From NCBI GenBank assembly GCA_041666745.1, contig JBAYGI010000001.1:91095-155094 (forward strand): a stretch of DNA of 64,000 bases, read 5' to 3'. The notes under the pieces are model-generated. The model did no database searches and was not told the DNA's origin. It saw only the letters and a list, made by a program, of their open reading frames with translations. Origin of the DNA: Candidatus Magasanikiibacteriota bacterium (GTDB taxonomy: Bacteria; Patescibacteriota; Patescibacteriia; Magasanikbacterales; GWA2-37-8). Positions within the stretch are counted from its first letter, which is position 1. Each line of letters starts with the position of its first letter. This document shows positions 27,661 to 38,425 of this stretch, in pieces. The translations under genes and the position numbers were made by a program.

Positions 27661-30222
27661 CTACAAGGTCGCCTCACTTAAAGCAATATCCGCTTTCATT
27701 GGAACACCAAGTGCCGACCTCTCCATGATTTCCGCTTCCACAATTTCGCGTGGTCGGCCGTATTTTAGACGAGACAATTCTTTGATCGCTTCGGCTAGTT
27801 CTTTGTTGCCCGCTTTTGGAGGGTAGGTGACCATGCTAAAAGGTTTGGCGGCAGTATTGTTGATAAGTAGTTTTGTGTAGGCAGTATATTGTTCTACATT
27901 GACCAAGTCATAGGCGGAAAAAACAGGGGCAAATTCTTTTTGTAAAATATCCGCGTCTTCCACGCCAATACGAAAAGATACAATCGTACCGGCATTACCA
28001 AGCACCGCATCGCGTACGGTGGACTTGCCTTTGTTGTCCTCCAGCTGTTTCATGTATTGGTGGGCAATAATTAATTCCAAACGATATTTACGAGCCTCAG
28101 ACAAAATTGTGGCGATAGAATCGGTAATAAAGTTTTGGAACTCATCAATGTATAAATAAAAATCATGACGTTGATCTTCGGGCATGTTGGCACGTTCGAG
28201 CGCGGCCATTTGCAGTTTGGAAACGATAATCAAACCCATCAAATTGGAGTTGATTTCACCGGTTAAACCTTTGGCCAAATTTACAATTAAAATTTTCTTT
28301 TTATCCATCACTTCACGGAAACTAAAACCGGAATGACTTTGGCCAATAATATTTCGAACCATGGCATTTTCAGTGAAACGGCCCACCTTGGAAATGAGGT
28401 AACCAAGCATTTCAGATTTGTGAAAGTCGGAAGTCTTGGCCATTTCTTTATCCCAAAAAGCCATTACCACCGGATCTTTTAATTTCTTTTTCCATTTGGC
28501 TACATAAGAATCATCAGTAAACATACGGGGCACTTCGGCGATGGTGCCCGGATTTTCCATATCCGACATCAAAGTCAACATTACGTTACGCATTTGATGC
28601 TCGAACATCGGACCGATCATCGATGGATCAGTTACCATTTTGTAGAAAATGGAAATCATTTCTTGGGTGGCAAAATCTTTTTGTTCTTCGGTTTTGACTT
28701 CGAGCATATTCAAACCAATCGGGCGATCAGTGTCGGATGGATTGAAATAGATAACATCATCGGCGCGTTCTTTTGGAACATGTTGTAAAACATATTCGGC
28801 AAAGTCACCGTGGGGATCAACAATACAAACACCTTCACCATTTTGTACATCTTGAATGGCTAGATTTTGGATGAACACAGATTTACCACTACCGGATTTA
28901 CCGATAGTATAAAGATGGCGACGACGATCATCGCGGGTCATACGCACAATAGTTTCCTCGCCACGATAAACAGCACGTCCCAAAACTATACCTTCAGTCG
29001 GCATGTTGACTGGTGGTGGAGCTTTGCGCGCGCCTAGCCAGTTGATGTGAGGTGTTTCAGTATTTGGAATAGGTAAGTGCCACAAACCGGCCAGCTCTTC
29101 GGTATTGACTACCATGTATCGTTTGGTATCCATGGAGCGGTAAATAGAATCACGGATAAGTTTGTTTTGATTGCGAGGTACGGCCGCCGCGAAGGAATTG
29201 CCGTAACGATAAATATTGTATTGACTAAAAGAATTGACCATGTTTTCCAAATTTCGTTGGGCTACTTCTTTGTTGTCAGCCGAACTCACCATACGCACGG
29301 TCAGTTCCAATCCGCCATGAGAAATTTTTTCTTCCATACTTTTTACCATTTCTTCCTCCATTTGAGTGAGATGGTAATCTTGGGTATGACTTTGTTTGGC
29401 CGGATCTTTGCTTTTTGGAAAGATAGTTTTTTTCCATTTTACTATTGAGCGGAGAAAAGCACTACGACGGGCGACGTATTCAAATTTTTGACCCTCGCGA
29501 ATATCGCGGATCATATGTACACCTTGACGACGCCAATAAGTAGTAGCCGGTCGAACGATAAATTGAATCAACGCACCGTCATTTTCCGACATTTTACTGA
29601 GTGGATTTAAAATCGCCACCAAAGGATCGCTGTCCATTTTTTTGTAAGTTTTCAAAGGAAAAGCTGAACGATTTTTTAAATACAAATAAGCGCCAACAAT
29701 ATTGCTTTTTGGTTTGAAAATATTGTAATCATTTTCAACCAGGATTTCAGCGTGTGGATATTGAGCGTGGATTTGTTGTTCGACAAATTCTTTCCAACGA
29801 TCAGGTGTGGCGATATAAAAAGATATCGTGCCCTCTTTGACTACTATTTCAAAAGCAATATGATCATTGCGTCCGTATAGCCACTTGGAAAAGCCCTTTT
29901 CACCTTTTAAACCGGCAATGGACGAAAACATAGTTTCGGCGGTGGCGATATATTCGCGCGTCTGATTGATGTTTTGTTCTTGGGAGGATTGGTTTTGGGA
30001 GCCCTCATTTTTCTTTTCTTTTGGAACACGAATGAATAAGATAGTTTTGTGAAAAGCTTTGCCTTCGCGTCCTTTGACATGTAAAAATGCGCGCAACAAA
30101 AATAACAATCCGACCAATACTATCCAACCCAAAATAAAAAGAAAAATAGTCAAAAATATCGGTTTGGCAATCGCGTCGGAAATCATTTGTATTAAATAGT
30201 TGGAAAAGCTGGTAGAGTCCAT
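27661..30222 (-). CDS. membrane-anchored FtsK/HerA/VirD4-type P-loop ATPase with a large N-terminal domain of unknown function (853 aa)
   Basis: N-terminal TM helices, a ~400-aa domain paralogous to 15542-16978, then Walker A GKSGSGKS, IVDPHGD motif and Walker B LYIDEFQNF. Confidence 0.7.
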   Translation of the reverse strand: MDSTSFSNYLIQMISDAIAKPIFLTIFLFILGWIVLVGLLFLLRAFLHVKGREGKAFHKTILFIRVPKEKKNEGSQNQSSQEQNINQTREYIATAETMFSSIAGLKGEKGFSKWLYGRNDHIAFEIVVKEGTISFYIATPDRWKEFVEQQIHAQYPHAEILVENDYNIFKPKSNIVGAYLYLKNRSAFPLKTYKKMDSDPLVAILNPLSKMSENDGALIQFIVRPATTYWRRQGVHMIRDIREGQKFEYVARRSAFLRSIVKWKKTIFPKSKDPAKQSHTQDYHLTQMEEEMVKSMEEKISHGGLELTVRMVSSADNKEVAQRNLENMVNSFSQYNIYRYGNSFAAAVPRNQNKLIRDSIYRSMDTKRYMVVNTEELAGLWHLPIPNTETPHINWLGARKAPPPVNMPTEGIVLGRAVYRGEETIVRMTRDDRRRHLYTIGKSGSGKSVFIQNLAIQDVQNGEGVCIVDPHGDFAEYVLQHVPKERADDVIYFNPSDTDRPIGLNMLEVKTEEQKDFATQEMISIFYKMVTDPSMIGPMFEHQMRNVMLTLMSDMENPGTIAEVPRMFTDDSYVAKWKKKLKDPVVMAFWDKEMAKTSDFHKSEMLGYLISKVGRFTENAMVRNIIGQSHSGFSFREVMDKKKILIVNLAKGLTGEINSNLMGLIIVSKLQMAALERANMPEDQRHDFYLYIDEFQNFITDSIATILSEARKYRLELIIAHQYMKQLEDNKGKSTVRDAVLGNAGTIVSFRIGVEDADILQKEFAPVFSAYDLVNVEQYTAYTKLLINNTAAKPFSMVTYPPKAGNKELAEAIKELSRLKYGRPREIVEAEIMERSALGVPMKADIALSEATL

Positions 30223-30230
30223 TTTGTAAA

Positions 30231-30749
30231 TTATAAAAGTTTATTGGTATTATCCTTTTTTTCTTTTTTGTGCAGGTTGACTATCAGATCCGTCTTGATT
30301 TTGGCTTCTTGTTCCAGAAAGAAATTATTGATTCCGGGTAATATTTTTAGCCATTCAATAATCAGATAAAATATTTTTTTGACTTTGATATGGGTAGATC
30401 GAAGAAGCTCTCGGATTTTGGCGGTGGTTTCTTCTCCTTTGATTTTGAATTCTTGTTTTCCAATAGGGGATAATTTGGCGTATTCATCAGCCAGACCGGT
30501 TTCTAGTATTTTTTCAATTTTAACCATCATCTCATCTTGAACTTGAGGAATTGGTCGCGCGACTTTTTTGACTTTGACCGGAATCAGCTTCTTGGCGTAT
30601 TTTTCCAAGGTTGATTGTTTTTCACCGGATTTTTCGGTGGGTGATTTTTCACGTTCTTTTCCAACAGAAATTTCAGGAGTGTGACGTCCGGATTCGGTAT
30701 TGGCCTTTTCTACAGGGTCGTTTAAATTGTCTAGGTTTTTATCTGTCAT
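30231..30749 (-). CDS. hypothetical charged protein (172 aa), probably co-transcribed with the 853-aa ATPase
   Basis: Complete ORF 9 nt upstream of the ATPase gene on the same strand. Confidence 0.45.
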   Translation of the reverse strand: MTDKNLDNLNDPVEKANTESGRHTPEISVGKEREKSPTEKSGEKQSTLEKYAKKLIPVKVKKVARPIPQVQDEMMVKIEKILETGLADEYAKLSPIGKQEFKIKGEETTAKIRELLRSTHIKVKKIFYLIIEWLKILPGINNFFLEQEAKIKTDLIVNLHKKEKKDNTNKLL

Positions 30750-30863
30750 AATGGTTATTATTATACCACTAATTTATCCAAAATAAAAGTAAATGTTATT
30801 TACTTGTGGATTGTGAGGTAGTCTTGTTTTGGAGAAAACCAAATTTTGTGGTATAATGATTTT

Positions 30864-31790
30864 ATGAAAAATATATTTCAGTTGGAAAATCAAGGACGAT
30901 TGTGGGTCAATGTGACCAAACAAGGTGAAAAAGAATTGCGTGAAATCCAAAAACGGTTTGGGTTTGATGAGTTGGATATCAAAGAAAGCCTACCACCGTT
31001 TCAGCGTCCCAAAATCGTCAAACGCGACAGTTATTATTTTATGATCCTGCATTTTCCGGTATTTGACAGGGAAACGCTTCGTTTGGGTTTTACGGAAGTG
31101 GATTTTTTCTTGAGTCAAAATTATTTGGTTACTGTTCATGATAATAAATTGCCGGCTATCGAAGCTATGTTTGATGAATGTAAAAAGAATGTGTCTAGTA
31201 GTAATAAATATTTTTCCGGGACGGCTGTGCATATTTTGTTTGAGCTTTTAAATCGTTTGCTCGATTCGACTTTTCCGATTCTTTTGCATGTCAATGATGA
31301 TATTAGTATGGTAAACAGAAAATTGTTTACCAAAACATCCGGTCGTCAAATTACCGAAGAAATTTTGCGTCTGAAAACCAATGTGGTTACTTTTCGACGT
31401 ACTATGCAGGGGCACCGCACGGTATTGGATAGATTGTTGTCTTATGCCGGCCGAGAATTGGACATGGCGTCTTACCAAAGTTATATCAATTCTTTGCGAG
31501 AATTTGCCAATGAAATTTGGCATATGTTGGAAAGCCAAAAAGAAAGTGTCAATGCTTTGCATGAAACCAACGAGTCTTTGTTGACCCTGCGCACCAACAA
31601 TGTGATGAGAGTGCTGACGATTATTTCAGTAATTACTTTCCCTTTGACCTTATTGGCGACGATTTTGTCTATCAAAACCCCTGGTAATCCGATTGCTGAT
31701 TTGTCATATGGGTTTTTTGTGGTGTTGGGAGTGATGGTGTTTGTCGCGATTGCGATGTTTATGGTTTTCAAGAAAAAAGATTGGGTTTAA
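30864..31790 (+). CDS. CorA-family divalent cation transporter-like protein (divergent signature motif)
   Basis: Cytoplasmic domain plus two C-terminal TMs. The GMN position reads KTPGNP. The track ORF appears N-extended by 6 codons. Confidence 0.6.
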   Translation: MKNIFQLENQGRLWVNVTKQGEKELREIQKRFGFDELDIKESLPPFQRPKIVKRDSYYFMILHFPVFDRETLRLGFTEVDFFLSQNYLVTVHDNKLPAIEAMFDECKKNVSSSNKYFSGTAVHILFELLNRLLDSTFPILLHVNDDISMVNRKLFTKTSGRQITEEILRLKTNVVTFRRTMQGHRTVLDRLLSYAGRELDMASYQSYINSLREFANEIWHMLESQKESVNALHETNESLLTLRTNNVMRVLTIISVITFPLTLLATILSIKTPGNPIADLSYGFFVVLGVMVFVAIAMFMVFKKKDWV

Positions 31791-31828
31791 TCTTTAAAAA
31801 AGATTTGGTTTAACCTTTTAAATAGGTC

Positions 31829-31959
31829 AAAAATACAGGTGGCACATTCATTTTGAAACACGTGTCGGTTTTGTTTCGACAAAATCGCACTCTCACTCAT
31901 AACGGCGCGAGCCGTTATTCCGTGGCGGTTTCAAAACGAATGTGCCACCTGTATTTTTT
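31829..31959. repeat. long palindromic element, 31-bp arms (one mismatch) around a loop of about 70 nt with inner hairpins, including a GCGA-looped stem; bidirectional terminator between convergent corA-like and cysS
   Basis: aaaaatacaggtggcacattcattttgaaac ... gtttcaaaacgaatgtgccacctgtatttttt. Inner ataacggc-gcga-gccgttat. Confidence 0.6.
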
Positions 31960-31969
31960 AGTGCTGATT

Positions 31970-33340
31970 TTAGTTTTTGATCAGTTGTGTCCCGCTCGCG
32001 GTGTCTTTTACTACATATCCCAGCGCTTCCAGTTGAACTCGCAATTCATCGCTTTTCACCCAATCGCGATTGGCGCGCGCGGTGTTGCGTTGCTCCACAA
32101 GTTTGGTGGCTTCTTCCGAGACGGCGGTCTCGCGGTGGTGTAGATTTTCTTGAATTTTCAGGCCGAGTATTTTATCAAATTGTAATAATGTTGGTAGGGA
32201 AATTGTTTTTGTTTTTATTGCTTCCCAAATTTGTGCAATAGCTATCGGTGTGTTTAAATCGTCGTTGATTTTTTCGACAAATTTATTTTTTATTTCTTCT
32301 TCACCGCTCAAAGTTTTGTCCGGTAGTGCCGAAGCGACCGAATACAAATGATCCAATCCATTTTGCGCGCCGGCTAGAGCTTCCCAAGAAAAAGTCAGTT
32401 GTTTGCGATAGTGGGTTTGCAACAATAGAAAACGATAGGCGAGTGGGTTGATCTTTTTTTCTTTTAAAGTGCGCAAAGTGACAAAATTATCGCCGGATTT
32501 GGCCATTTTATCGCTTCCCATCAACAAAAATTCTCCATGTATCCAGTAGTTGGCCAATGGAGTATCATAGGCCGCTTCACTTTGGGCAATTTCGTTGGTG
32601 TGGTGTACCGGAATATGATCAACTCCGCCACAGTGGATATCAAAAGGTTGCCCCAAATATTTGGTAGCCATGGCACTACATTCGATATGCCATCCGGGAA
32701 AACCAACTCCCCATGGACTTTTCCATTCCATTTGACGTTTTTGCAATTTGGGAGAAAATTTCCATAGCGCAAAATCGGTGGTATTTTTTTTATCTCCAAT
32801 ATCTACTCGAACACCGGCACGCAATTCTTGGTTTTGCAAGTTGGCCAATTTGCCGTAGTCTTTTAATTTGCTGGTGTCAAAATATATTCCATCAGAAGTG
32901 GCATAAGTGAAACCATTTTTTTCCAATTTTTTAATTAATTTTATTTGTTCTTTGATATGATCGGTGGCACGACACCAAATCATCGGTTCCAAAATATTTA
33001 ATTGTTCCAGATCCAACCGAAATTCATGGGTATAAAATTCAGCCAACTGCCAAGCAGTTTTTCCTTCGCGGACCGAACCCTTTTCCATTTTGTCTTCACC
33101 AGCATCGGCATCGTCGGTCAAATGTCCCACGTCGGTGATGTTCATGACATGTTTTATTTTGTAACCGCCATATTGTAATGTGCGTTTTAAGATATCCTCA
33201 AAAACATAAGTGCGTAAGTTGCCAATATGCGCGTAGTTATACACAGTTGGTCCGCAGGCGTATAGGCCAACCTTGTTTTTTTTGATTGGTTTAAATTCTT
33301 CGATTCGACGAGATAGTGTGTTGTATAGGTATATTGACAT
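31970..33340 (-). CDS. cysS: cysteine--tRNA ligase
   Basis: HIGN(LRT) class I motif and KMAKS (KMSKS) motif over 456 aa. Confidence 0.92.
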   Translation of the reverse strand: MSIYLYNTLSRRIEEFKPIKKNKVGLYACGPTVYNYAHIGNLRTYVFEDILKRTLQYGGYKIKHVMNITDVGHLTDDADAGEDKMEKGSVREGKTAWQLAEFYTHEFRLDLEQLNILEPMIWCRATDHIKEQIKLIKKLEKNGFTYATSDGIYFDTSKLKDYGKLANLQNQELRAGVRVDIGDKKNTTDFALWKFSPKLQKRQMEWKSPWGVGFPGWHIECSAMATKYLGQPFDIHCGGVDHIPVHHTNEIAQSEAAYDTPLANYWIHGEFLLMGSDKMAKSGDNFVTLRTLKEKKINPLAYRFLLLQTHYRKQLTFSWEALAGAQNGLDHLYSVASALPDKTLSGEEEIKNKFVEKINDDLNTPIAIAQIWEAIKTKTISLPTLLQFDKILGLKIQENLHHRETAVSEEATKLVEQRNTARANRDWVKSDELRVQLEALGYVVKDTASGTQLIKN

Positions 33341-33453
33341 AGTAAGTTTTTAGTATGATGTAATAATTTTACCTTATTTATCCACAGTTTTCAATAGTGG
33401 TATATCAGAGAAGCGATATATTTGATATAATTGGTATATGAAACTAAAAAAAT

Positions 33454-34587
33454 ATGTTATTTTTTAAACCTAAATCTCATCTGGGAATAGATTTGGGTGC
33501 TGGTGGTATAAAAATTGTTGAACTAAAATTGGAAAAGAAAAGGCCGGTATTGTATACATATGGCCTGACTTCGCAGATGCAGGATGTGCACCACTTGTTT
33601 GATGTATCCGCAAAAAATAATACCTCGGCATTATCAGCAGATCAAAAAAGTAAAAGTACTGCCGTGACGATAGACCCGGAACAAGTAAAAAAATATGCCA
33701 ATCTATTGAAAGCGGTGTGCACTGGATCTAGGACAACAGCATTGTCTGCGACCGTGAGTTTGCCGGTGTCGGTTGTTTTCCATGCTGTAATAAATTTGCC
33801 CTTATTAAAAAAAGAAGAATTGGATCGAGTGTTGCGCGCTGAAGTAAAAAAACTTTTACCGCGACCGATTGATGATATGGTGTTGGATTATCAGATGATA
33901 AAAAACGCCCCGGAATCCAAAACCCAAAGAGTGTTGGTCAATGCCGTACCAAAAGAATTGGTGGTTTTTTATACTCAGGTGTTTAAATTGGCCGGTATCG
34001 GGCTGGAATCTTTGGAACCGGAGTCGATAGCTTTGGAGCGTTCATTGATAGGGCGCGATCAGAGTGTGGCGATGATTATCGATATTGGAGCGGAGCGTAC
34101 GAATTTTTATATTATTGATCAGGGTTTTGCTATTACTCACAACAGCACAGAGATTGGTGGTGGACGGTTGAATAAGATTTTAGCCGGTGTATTAGGTATC
34201 AAAGAGGATATTGTTGAACAATTAAAATGTGATTATTTTGGCAGTTTGTTGAAAAAAAACAATCATAGCCAGATGACCAAAGATAAATTTTACAGTCTGT
34301 TTTCTACAATTATTGATCCGATAGTCAAAGAAATCGAATATAGTTTTGAAATATATCTAAAACAAACCGGTAACGAAAACAAACGACCGGAAAAAATAAT
34401 TTTAACCGGCGGTGGCAGTTCTATGCCATATCTGGCTGATTTTATTTCAGAAAAATTCAATATCAAATGTTATGTTGGTGATCCGTGGGGTCGGGTGGTT
34501 TATCAAGAAGGTTTAAAACCGGCTCTTGGAAAAATCGGTCCACGTATGTCAGTGGCGGTTGGACTCGCTTTAAGAAAATTAGTGTGA
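33454..34587 (+). CDS. pilM: type IV pilus assembly ATPase-fold protein PilM
   Basis: Actin-like fold pattern with GIDLGAGGIKIV at the N-terminus, next to pilin and prepilin peptidase genes. Confidence 0.75.
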   Translation: MLFFKPKSHLGIDLGAGGIKIVELKLEKKRPVLYTYGLTSQMQDVHHLFDVSAKNNTSALSADQKSKSTAVTIDPEQVKKYANLLKAVCTGSRTTALSATVSLPVSVVFHAVINLPLLKKEELDRVLRAEVKKLLPRPIDDMVLDYQMIKNAPESKTQRVLVNAVPKELVVFYTQVFKLAGIGLESLEPESIALERSLIGRDQSVAMIIDIGAERTNFYIIDQGFAITHNSTEIGGGRLNKILAGVLGIKEDIVEQLKCDYFGSLLKKNNHSQMTKDKFYSLFSTIIDPIVKEIEYSFEIYLKQTGNENKRPEKIILTGGGSSMPYLADFISEKFNIKCYVGDPWGRVVYQEGLKPALGKIGPRMSVAVGLALRKLV

Positions 34588-34625
34588 TATGATAAAAATA
34601 CAAGTTAATTAATTTTTTATTTAGT

Positions 34626-35003
34626 ATGGCAGAACAAATTCATGTGTTGCTGGTAGAGGATGATGTTTTTCTCTCTGGCATATACCAGAAAAAATTTGAA
34701 ATGGAGGGATACAAAGTTAGTTTGGCTGACAATGGCGAAAAAGCGCTTGTGGAGGTCAAAAAGAAAAAACCGGACATTGTAATGTTGGATATTTTGTTAC
34801 CAAAACTTGATGGTTTTGCGGTTTTGTCCAAAATTAAATCCGATCCGGCTACCAAAGATATTCCGGTGATTTTATTGACCAATCTCGGTCAAAAAGACGA
34901 TGTGGAAAAAGGTTTGCAAATGGGAGCGGCTGATTATTTGATCAAAGCCCATTTTAAACCATCCGAAGTTGTGGATAAAATAAAAAAGGTATTACATATT
35001 TAG
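34626..35003 (+). CDS. single-domain response regulator (CheY-like receiver, PilH-like)
   Basis: VLLVEDD...DIVMLDILLP...K motif set over 125 aa. Confidence 0.8.
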   Translation: MAEQIHVLLVEDDVFLSGIYQKKFEMEGYKVSLADNGEKALVEVKKKKPDIVMLDILLPKLDGFAVLSKIKSDPATKDIPVILLTNLGQKDDVEKGLQMGAADYLIKAHFKPSEVVDKIKKVLHI

Positions 35004-35081
35004 GTGATTCGTGCTATAATCCAGTTGTTAAATTAAAGATTTTGTTATGAAAACAATTTTGTATATAAAGGGGGTGAATTT

Positions 35082-35504
35082 ATGAATAAGAAAGGTTTTA
35101 CATTGATTGAATTGCTTATCGTGATTGCTATTATCGGTTTATTGTCTACTCTCGCAGTAGTCGCGTTGGGTTCCGCTCGTGTTAAAGCGCGCGATTCCAA
35201 ACGTCTAGCCGATTTGAAACAATTACAAACAGCACTTGAATTGTATTATACAGATCAGAATGCTTACCCAGCTGGCATTGCCATATCTTTGGGTGATACA
35301 AATCACGCTTGTTTGCACTCTGCTGGTTTTGCAGCCACTGGTTGCGCTTCCCCTTACATGGGTCAAGTTCCAGTCGATCCTCAAGCTGGTTACTATACAT
35401 ATACGGCCGCTACCAGTAGTTATACTATCGATGCTACATTGGAAGGAGCAGTTGCAGGTCTTCCTGCCGGTGCTATCCAGTTGAGTCCAGCTGGTATAAA
35501 ATAA
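35082..35504 (+). CDS. type IV pilin / pseudopilin (prepilin-type N-terminal cleavage/methylation domain)
   Basis: [28 protein letters not shown] upstream. Terminator hairpin ccctcctataatttaggaggg plus T-run at about 35518-35555. Confidence 0.8.
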   Translation: MNKKGFTLIELLIVIAIIGLLSTLAVVALGSARVKARDSKRLADLKQLQTALELYYTDQNAYPAGIAISLGDTNHACLHSAGFAATGCASPYMGQVPVDPQAGYYTYTAATSSYTIDATLEGAVAGLPAGAIQLSPAGIK

Positions 35505-35586
35505 CCTATTTTTTACACTTACCCTCCTATAATTTAGGAGGGTTTTGTTTTTTTACCGGTTGTGATATAATTTAGGTACAAAACAT

Positions 35587-36393
35587 ATGTTGGATTTAGG
35601 CTGTTATACCGTCTTATTGGGCGGAGTAATTTATTTTTTTGTTTTTATACTGGGATTGATACTTGGCAGTTTTTTGAATTCGTGGATGTGGCGGGTGCGA
35701 GACAATATCAGGATCTTGTCCAATAGCCGTAGTATGTGTCCGAATTGTCGTTATCAATTGCGTTGGTATGAAAATATTCCACTGGTTAGTTGGTTATTTC
35801 TACGAGCCAAATGTAGTAATTGTAAACAACCGATCCATTGGTCTTATTTTGCCGTAGAATTAGTCACTGGGTTTTTGATGATGTTTGTAGTTGGACAACA
35901 TGTGAAATTGGTGCATTTTAGTGAGTGGACGTTGTTGAGGGATGTTTGTTTTTTAACTTTATTAATAATTACTTTTGTTTATGATTTACGCTACAAAACT
36001 ATTTTATCTCGGATAGTTTGGGTAGGTACAATTATTGGTTTTTTAATAAATGTTTTGTCTTTAAATTTTACTGTCAAGTCATTGTTGTTGGGCATGGTAA
36101 TTGGCGGCGGTTTTTTTCTTTTTCAATATTTAATATCTAGTGGACGCTGGATTGGTGGTGGAGATATTCGCATGGGGATAATGATGGGCGCTTGGCTGGG
36201 TTGGCAAAATACGATCGTGGCATTGTTTATCGCCTATATTTTGGGAGCCTTGGTTGGGGTTGGGTTGTTGTGGAGTAAAAAAGCCAATGGTAAAACTGAG
36301 ATTCCGTTCGGCACATTTTTGGCCGTCGGTACATTCGTGGCGATTTATTATGGCGATAGCTTGGTGAATTGGTATTTGCAGATTTTGAAATAG
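35587..36393 (+). CDS. pilD: prepilin peptidase (A24 family) PilD
   Basis: CPNC...CSNC zinc motif followed by a polytopic membrane domain with catalytic Asp regions. Confidence 0.85.
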   Translation: MLDLGCYTVLLGGVIYFFVFILGLILGSFLNSWMWRVRDNIRILSNSRSMCPNCRYQLRWYENIPLVSWLFLRAKCSNCKQPIHWSYFAVELVTGFLMMFVVGQHVKLVHFSEWTLLRDVCFLTLLIITFVYDLRYKTILSRIVWVGTIIGFLINVLSLNFTVKSLLLGMVIGGGFFLFQYLISSGRWIGGGDIRMGIMMGAWLGWQNTIVALFIAYILGALVGVGLLWSKKANGKTEIPFGTFLAVGTFVAIYYGDSLVNWYLQILK

Positions 36394-36406
36394 TGGTAAA
36401 AAGTTT

Positions 36407-38425
36407 ATGTCAGAGATTAAAAAACATGTAGAAAAATTACACGCCCAGATTGATGACCTGCGGTATCGGTATCATGTTTTGAATGATCCGGAAGTGACGG
36501 ATGCGATGTATGATGGGTTGATGGATGAATTGCGTAAAATTGAACATGAACATCCGGAATTGGTTACAAAAGATTCTCCCACTCAGCGCGTGGCGGGAAT
36601 TCCTTTGGATAAGTTTGAAAAAATTACCCACACGGTGACGCAGTGGAGTTTTGATGATGCGTTTAGTGAAGAAGATGTGGTGGATTGGGAAGAACGAAAT
36701 TTGAATTATTTTGAAAAAGAAACCGGACATAGACCAAAAGATATTGAATATGTGTGCGAACTGAAAATTGACGGTCTGCACATGGTTTTGACTTATGAAA
36801 ATGGTGAGCTGGTGACGGCGGCCACGCGTGGTGATGGCAAAGTGGGGGAAAATGTGACACAAAATATTAAAACTATTTTGTCGGTGCCATTAAAATTAAA
36901 CATCTGTCATTCCGACCGACTGAAAGGAGTGGAGGAATCCCTTATCATCGAAGGTGAAGTGTGGTTGGATCGAAAAATGTTGGAGAAAATAAATGTAGAG
37001 CGAGAAAAACACGGCGAACAACTTTTTGCCAATCCGCGCAACGCGGCAGCGGGAACAATCCGCCAATTGGACGCAAAAATTGTGTCCGCGCGCAAACTTT
37101 CTTTGACTACTTATGATATCTCCGCCGGTGAAATTATCCCTTCGCAAGAACAAGAATTAAAGCGCCTCAAAGCTTTGGGTTTTGCGACCGATTCACATTG
37201 GAAAGTTTGTAAAAATTTACAAGAAGTTTTTGCTTTTCATAATGAATGGAAAAAGAAAAAAGATAGTCAGCCGTTTTGGATAGATGGCGTGGTAATAAAA
37301 ACAAATCAGAAAAAATATCAAGAGCAACTGGGATATACCGGCAAGTCACCGCGTTGGGCGATTGCGTATAAATTTCCAGCCGAGCAGGGGACAACAAAAA
37401 TAAAAGAAGTGTATGTGCAGGTGGGGCGCACGGGCGCTTTGACGCCGGTGGCTTTGATGGAACCGGTGTCTTTGGCCGGCTCTACTGTTACGCACGCGAC
37501 ACTACATAATTTTGACGAAATAGAACGCTTGGGAGTGAAAGTCGGCGACATGGTGGTGGTGGAAAAAGCCGGAGATATTATTCCCAAAGTGGTGCGAGTA
37601 TTGGAAAAAATGCGCACCGGTGATGAAAAAAGTATTAAACGCCCGACTAAATGTCCGGTGTGCGGTAATGATGTAGAAAAAAAATCCGATTCCGTGGCTT
37701 TGTATTGTCTCAACAAAAATTGTTACGCCAAGGAATTGGAAAACATAATTCATTTTGTCAGCAAATCCGCTTTTGACATTGATCACTGTGGTGAAAAAAT
37801 AGTGGAACAACTTTTAAATGTAGGTTTGATAAAAGACGCCGCCGATTTATTTACTTTAACTGTTGGCGACTTGGAACCGTTGGAAAGATTTGCTGAAAAA
37901 AGCGCACAAAATTTGGTGGAGGCCGTGGCCAAGGCAAAATATATTACTTTTGCGAGATTTATAAACGCGCTTGGTATCACCCATGTGGGTGAAGAAACTG
38001 CCGAGGACTTGGCGATACAATTTGGAACATTAGAAAAATTGATGGTCGTGGATAAAGAAAAATTATTGCAAATAAACGGAATCGGCGAAAGAATGGCAGA
38101 AGCGTTGGTGGATTATTTCGCGGATAAAAATAATCAAAAGTTTATTGAAAAATTATTAAATAACGGCGTAAAAATTTCCGCTGTGCATAAAAAAACCGGA
38201 AAATTATCCGGCCAGACATTTGTTTTGACCGGCACATTGGAAAGCATGAGTCGCGACGAAGCCAAAGAGAAAATAAAAGAATTAGGCGGAGAAATTTCCG
38301 AAAGTGTTAGCAAAAAAACCACCGCGGTAATTGTTGGCGCCGAGCCGGGGAGTAAATATGATAAAGCCAAAAAGTTGGGAGTGAAGGTTTTGGAGGAGAA
38401 GGAGTTTTTAATATATGTTAAATAA
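36407..38425 (+). CDS. ligA: NAD-dependent DNA ligase LigA
   Basis: KxDG adenylation motif (CELKIDGL), OB-fold, Zn-finger, HhH and C-terminal BRCT over 672 aa. Confidence 0.95.
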   Translation: MSEIKKHVEKLHAQIDDLRYRYHVLNDPEVTDAMYDGLMDELRKIEHEHPELVTKDSPTQRVAGIPLDKFEKITHTVTQWSFDDAFSEEDVVDWEERNLNYFEKETGHRPKDIEYVCELKIDGLHMVLTYENGELVTAATRGDGKVGENVTQNIKTILSVPLKLNICHSDRLKGVEESLIIEGEVWLDRKMLEKINVEREKHGEQLFANPRNAAAGTIRQLDAKIVSARKLSLTTYDISAGEIIPSQEQELKRLKALGFATDSHWKVCKNLQEVFAFHNEWKKKKDSQPFWIDGVVIKTNQKKYQEQLGYTGKSPRWAIAYKFPAEQGTTKIKEVYVQVGRTGALTPVALMEPVSLAGSTVTHATLHNFDEIERLGVKVGDMVVVEKAGDIIPKVVRVLEKMRTGDEKSIKRPTKCPVCGNDVEKKSDSVALYCLNKNCYAKELENIIHFVSKSAFDIDHCGEKIVEQLLNVGLIKDAADLFTLTVGDLEPLERFAEKSAQNLVEAVAKAKYITFARFINALGITHVGEETAEDLAIQFGTLEKLMVVDKEKLLQINGIGERMAEALVDYFADKNNQKFIEKLLNNGVKISAVHKKTGKLSGQTFVLTGTLESMSRDEAKEKIKELGGEISESVSKKTTAVIVGAEPGSKYDKAKKLGVKVLEEKEFLIYVK

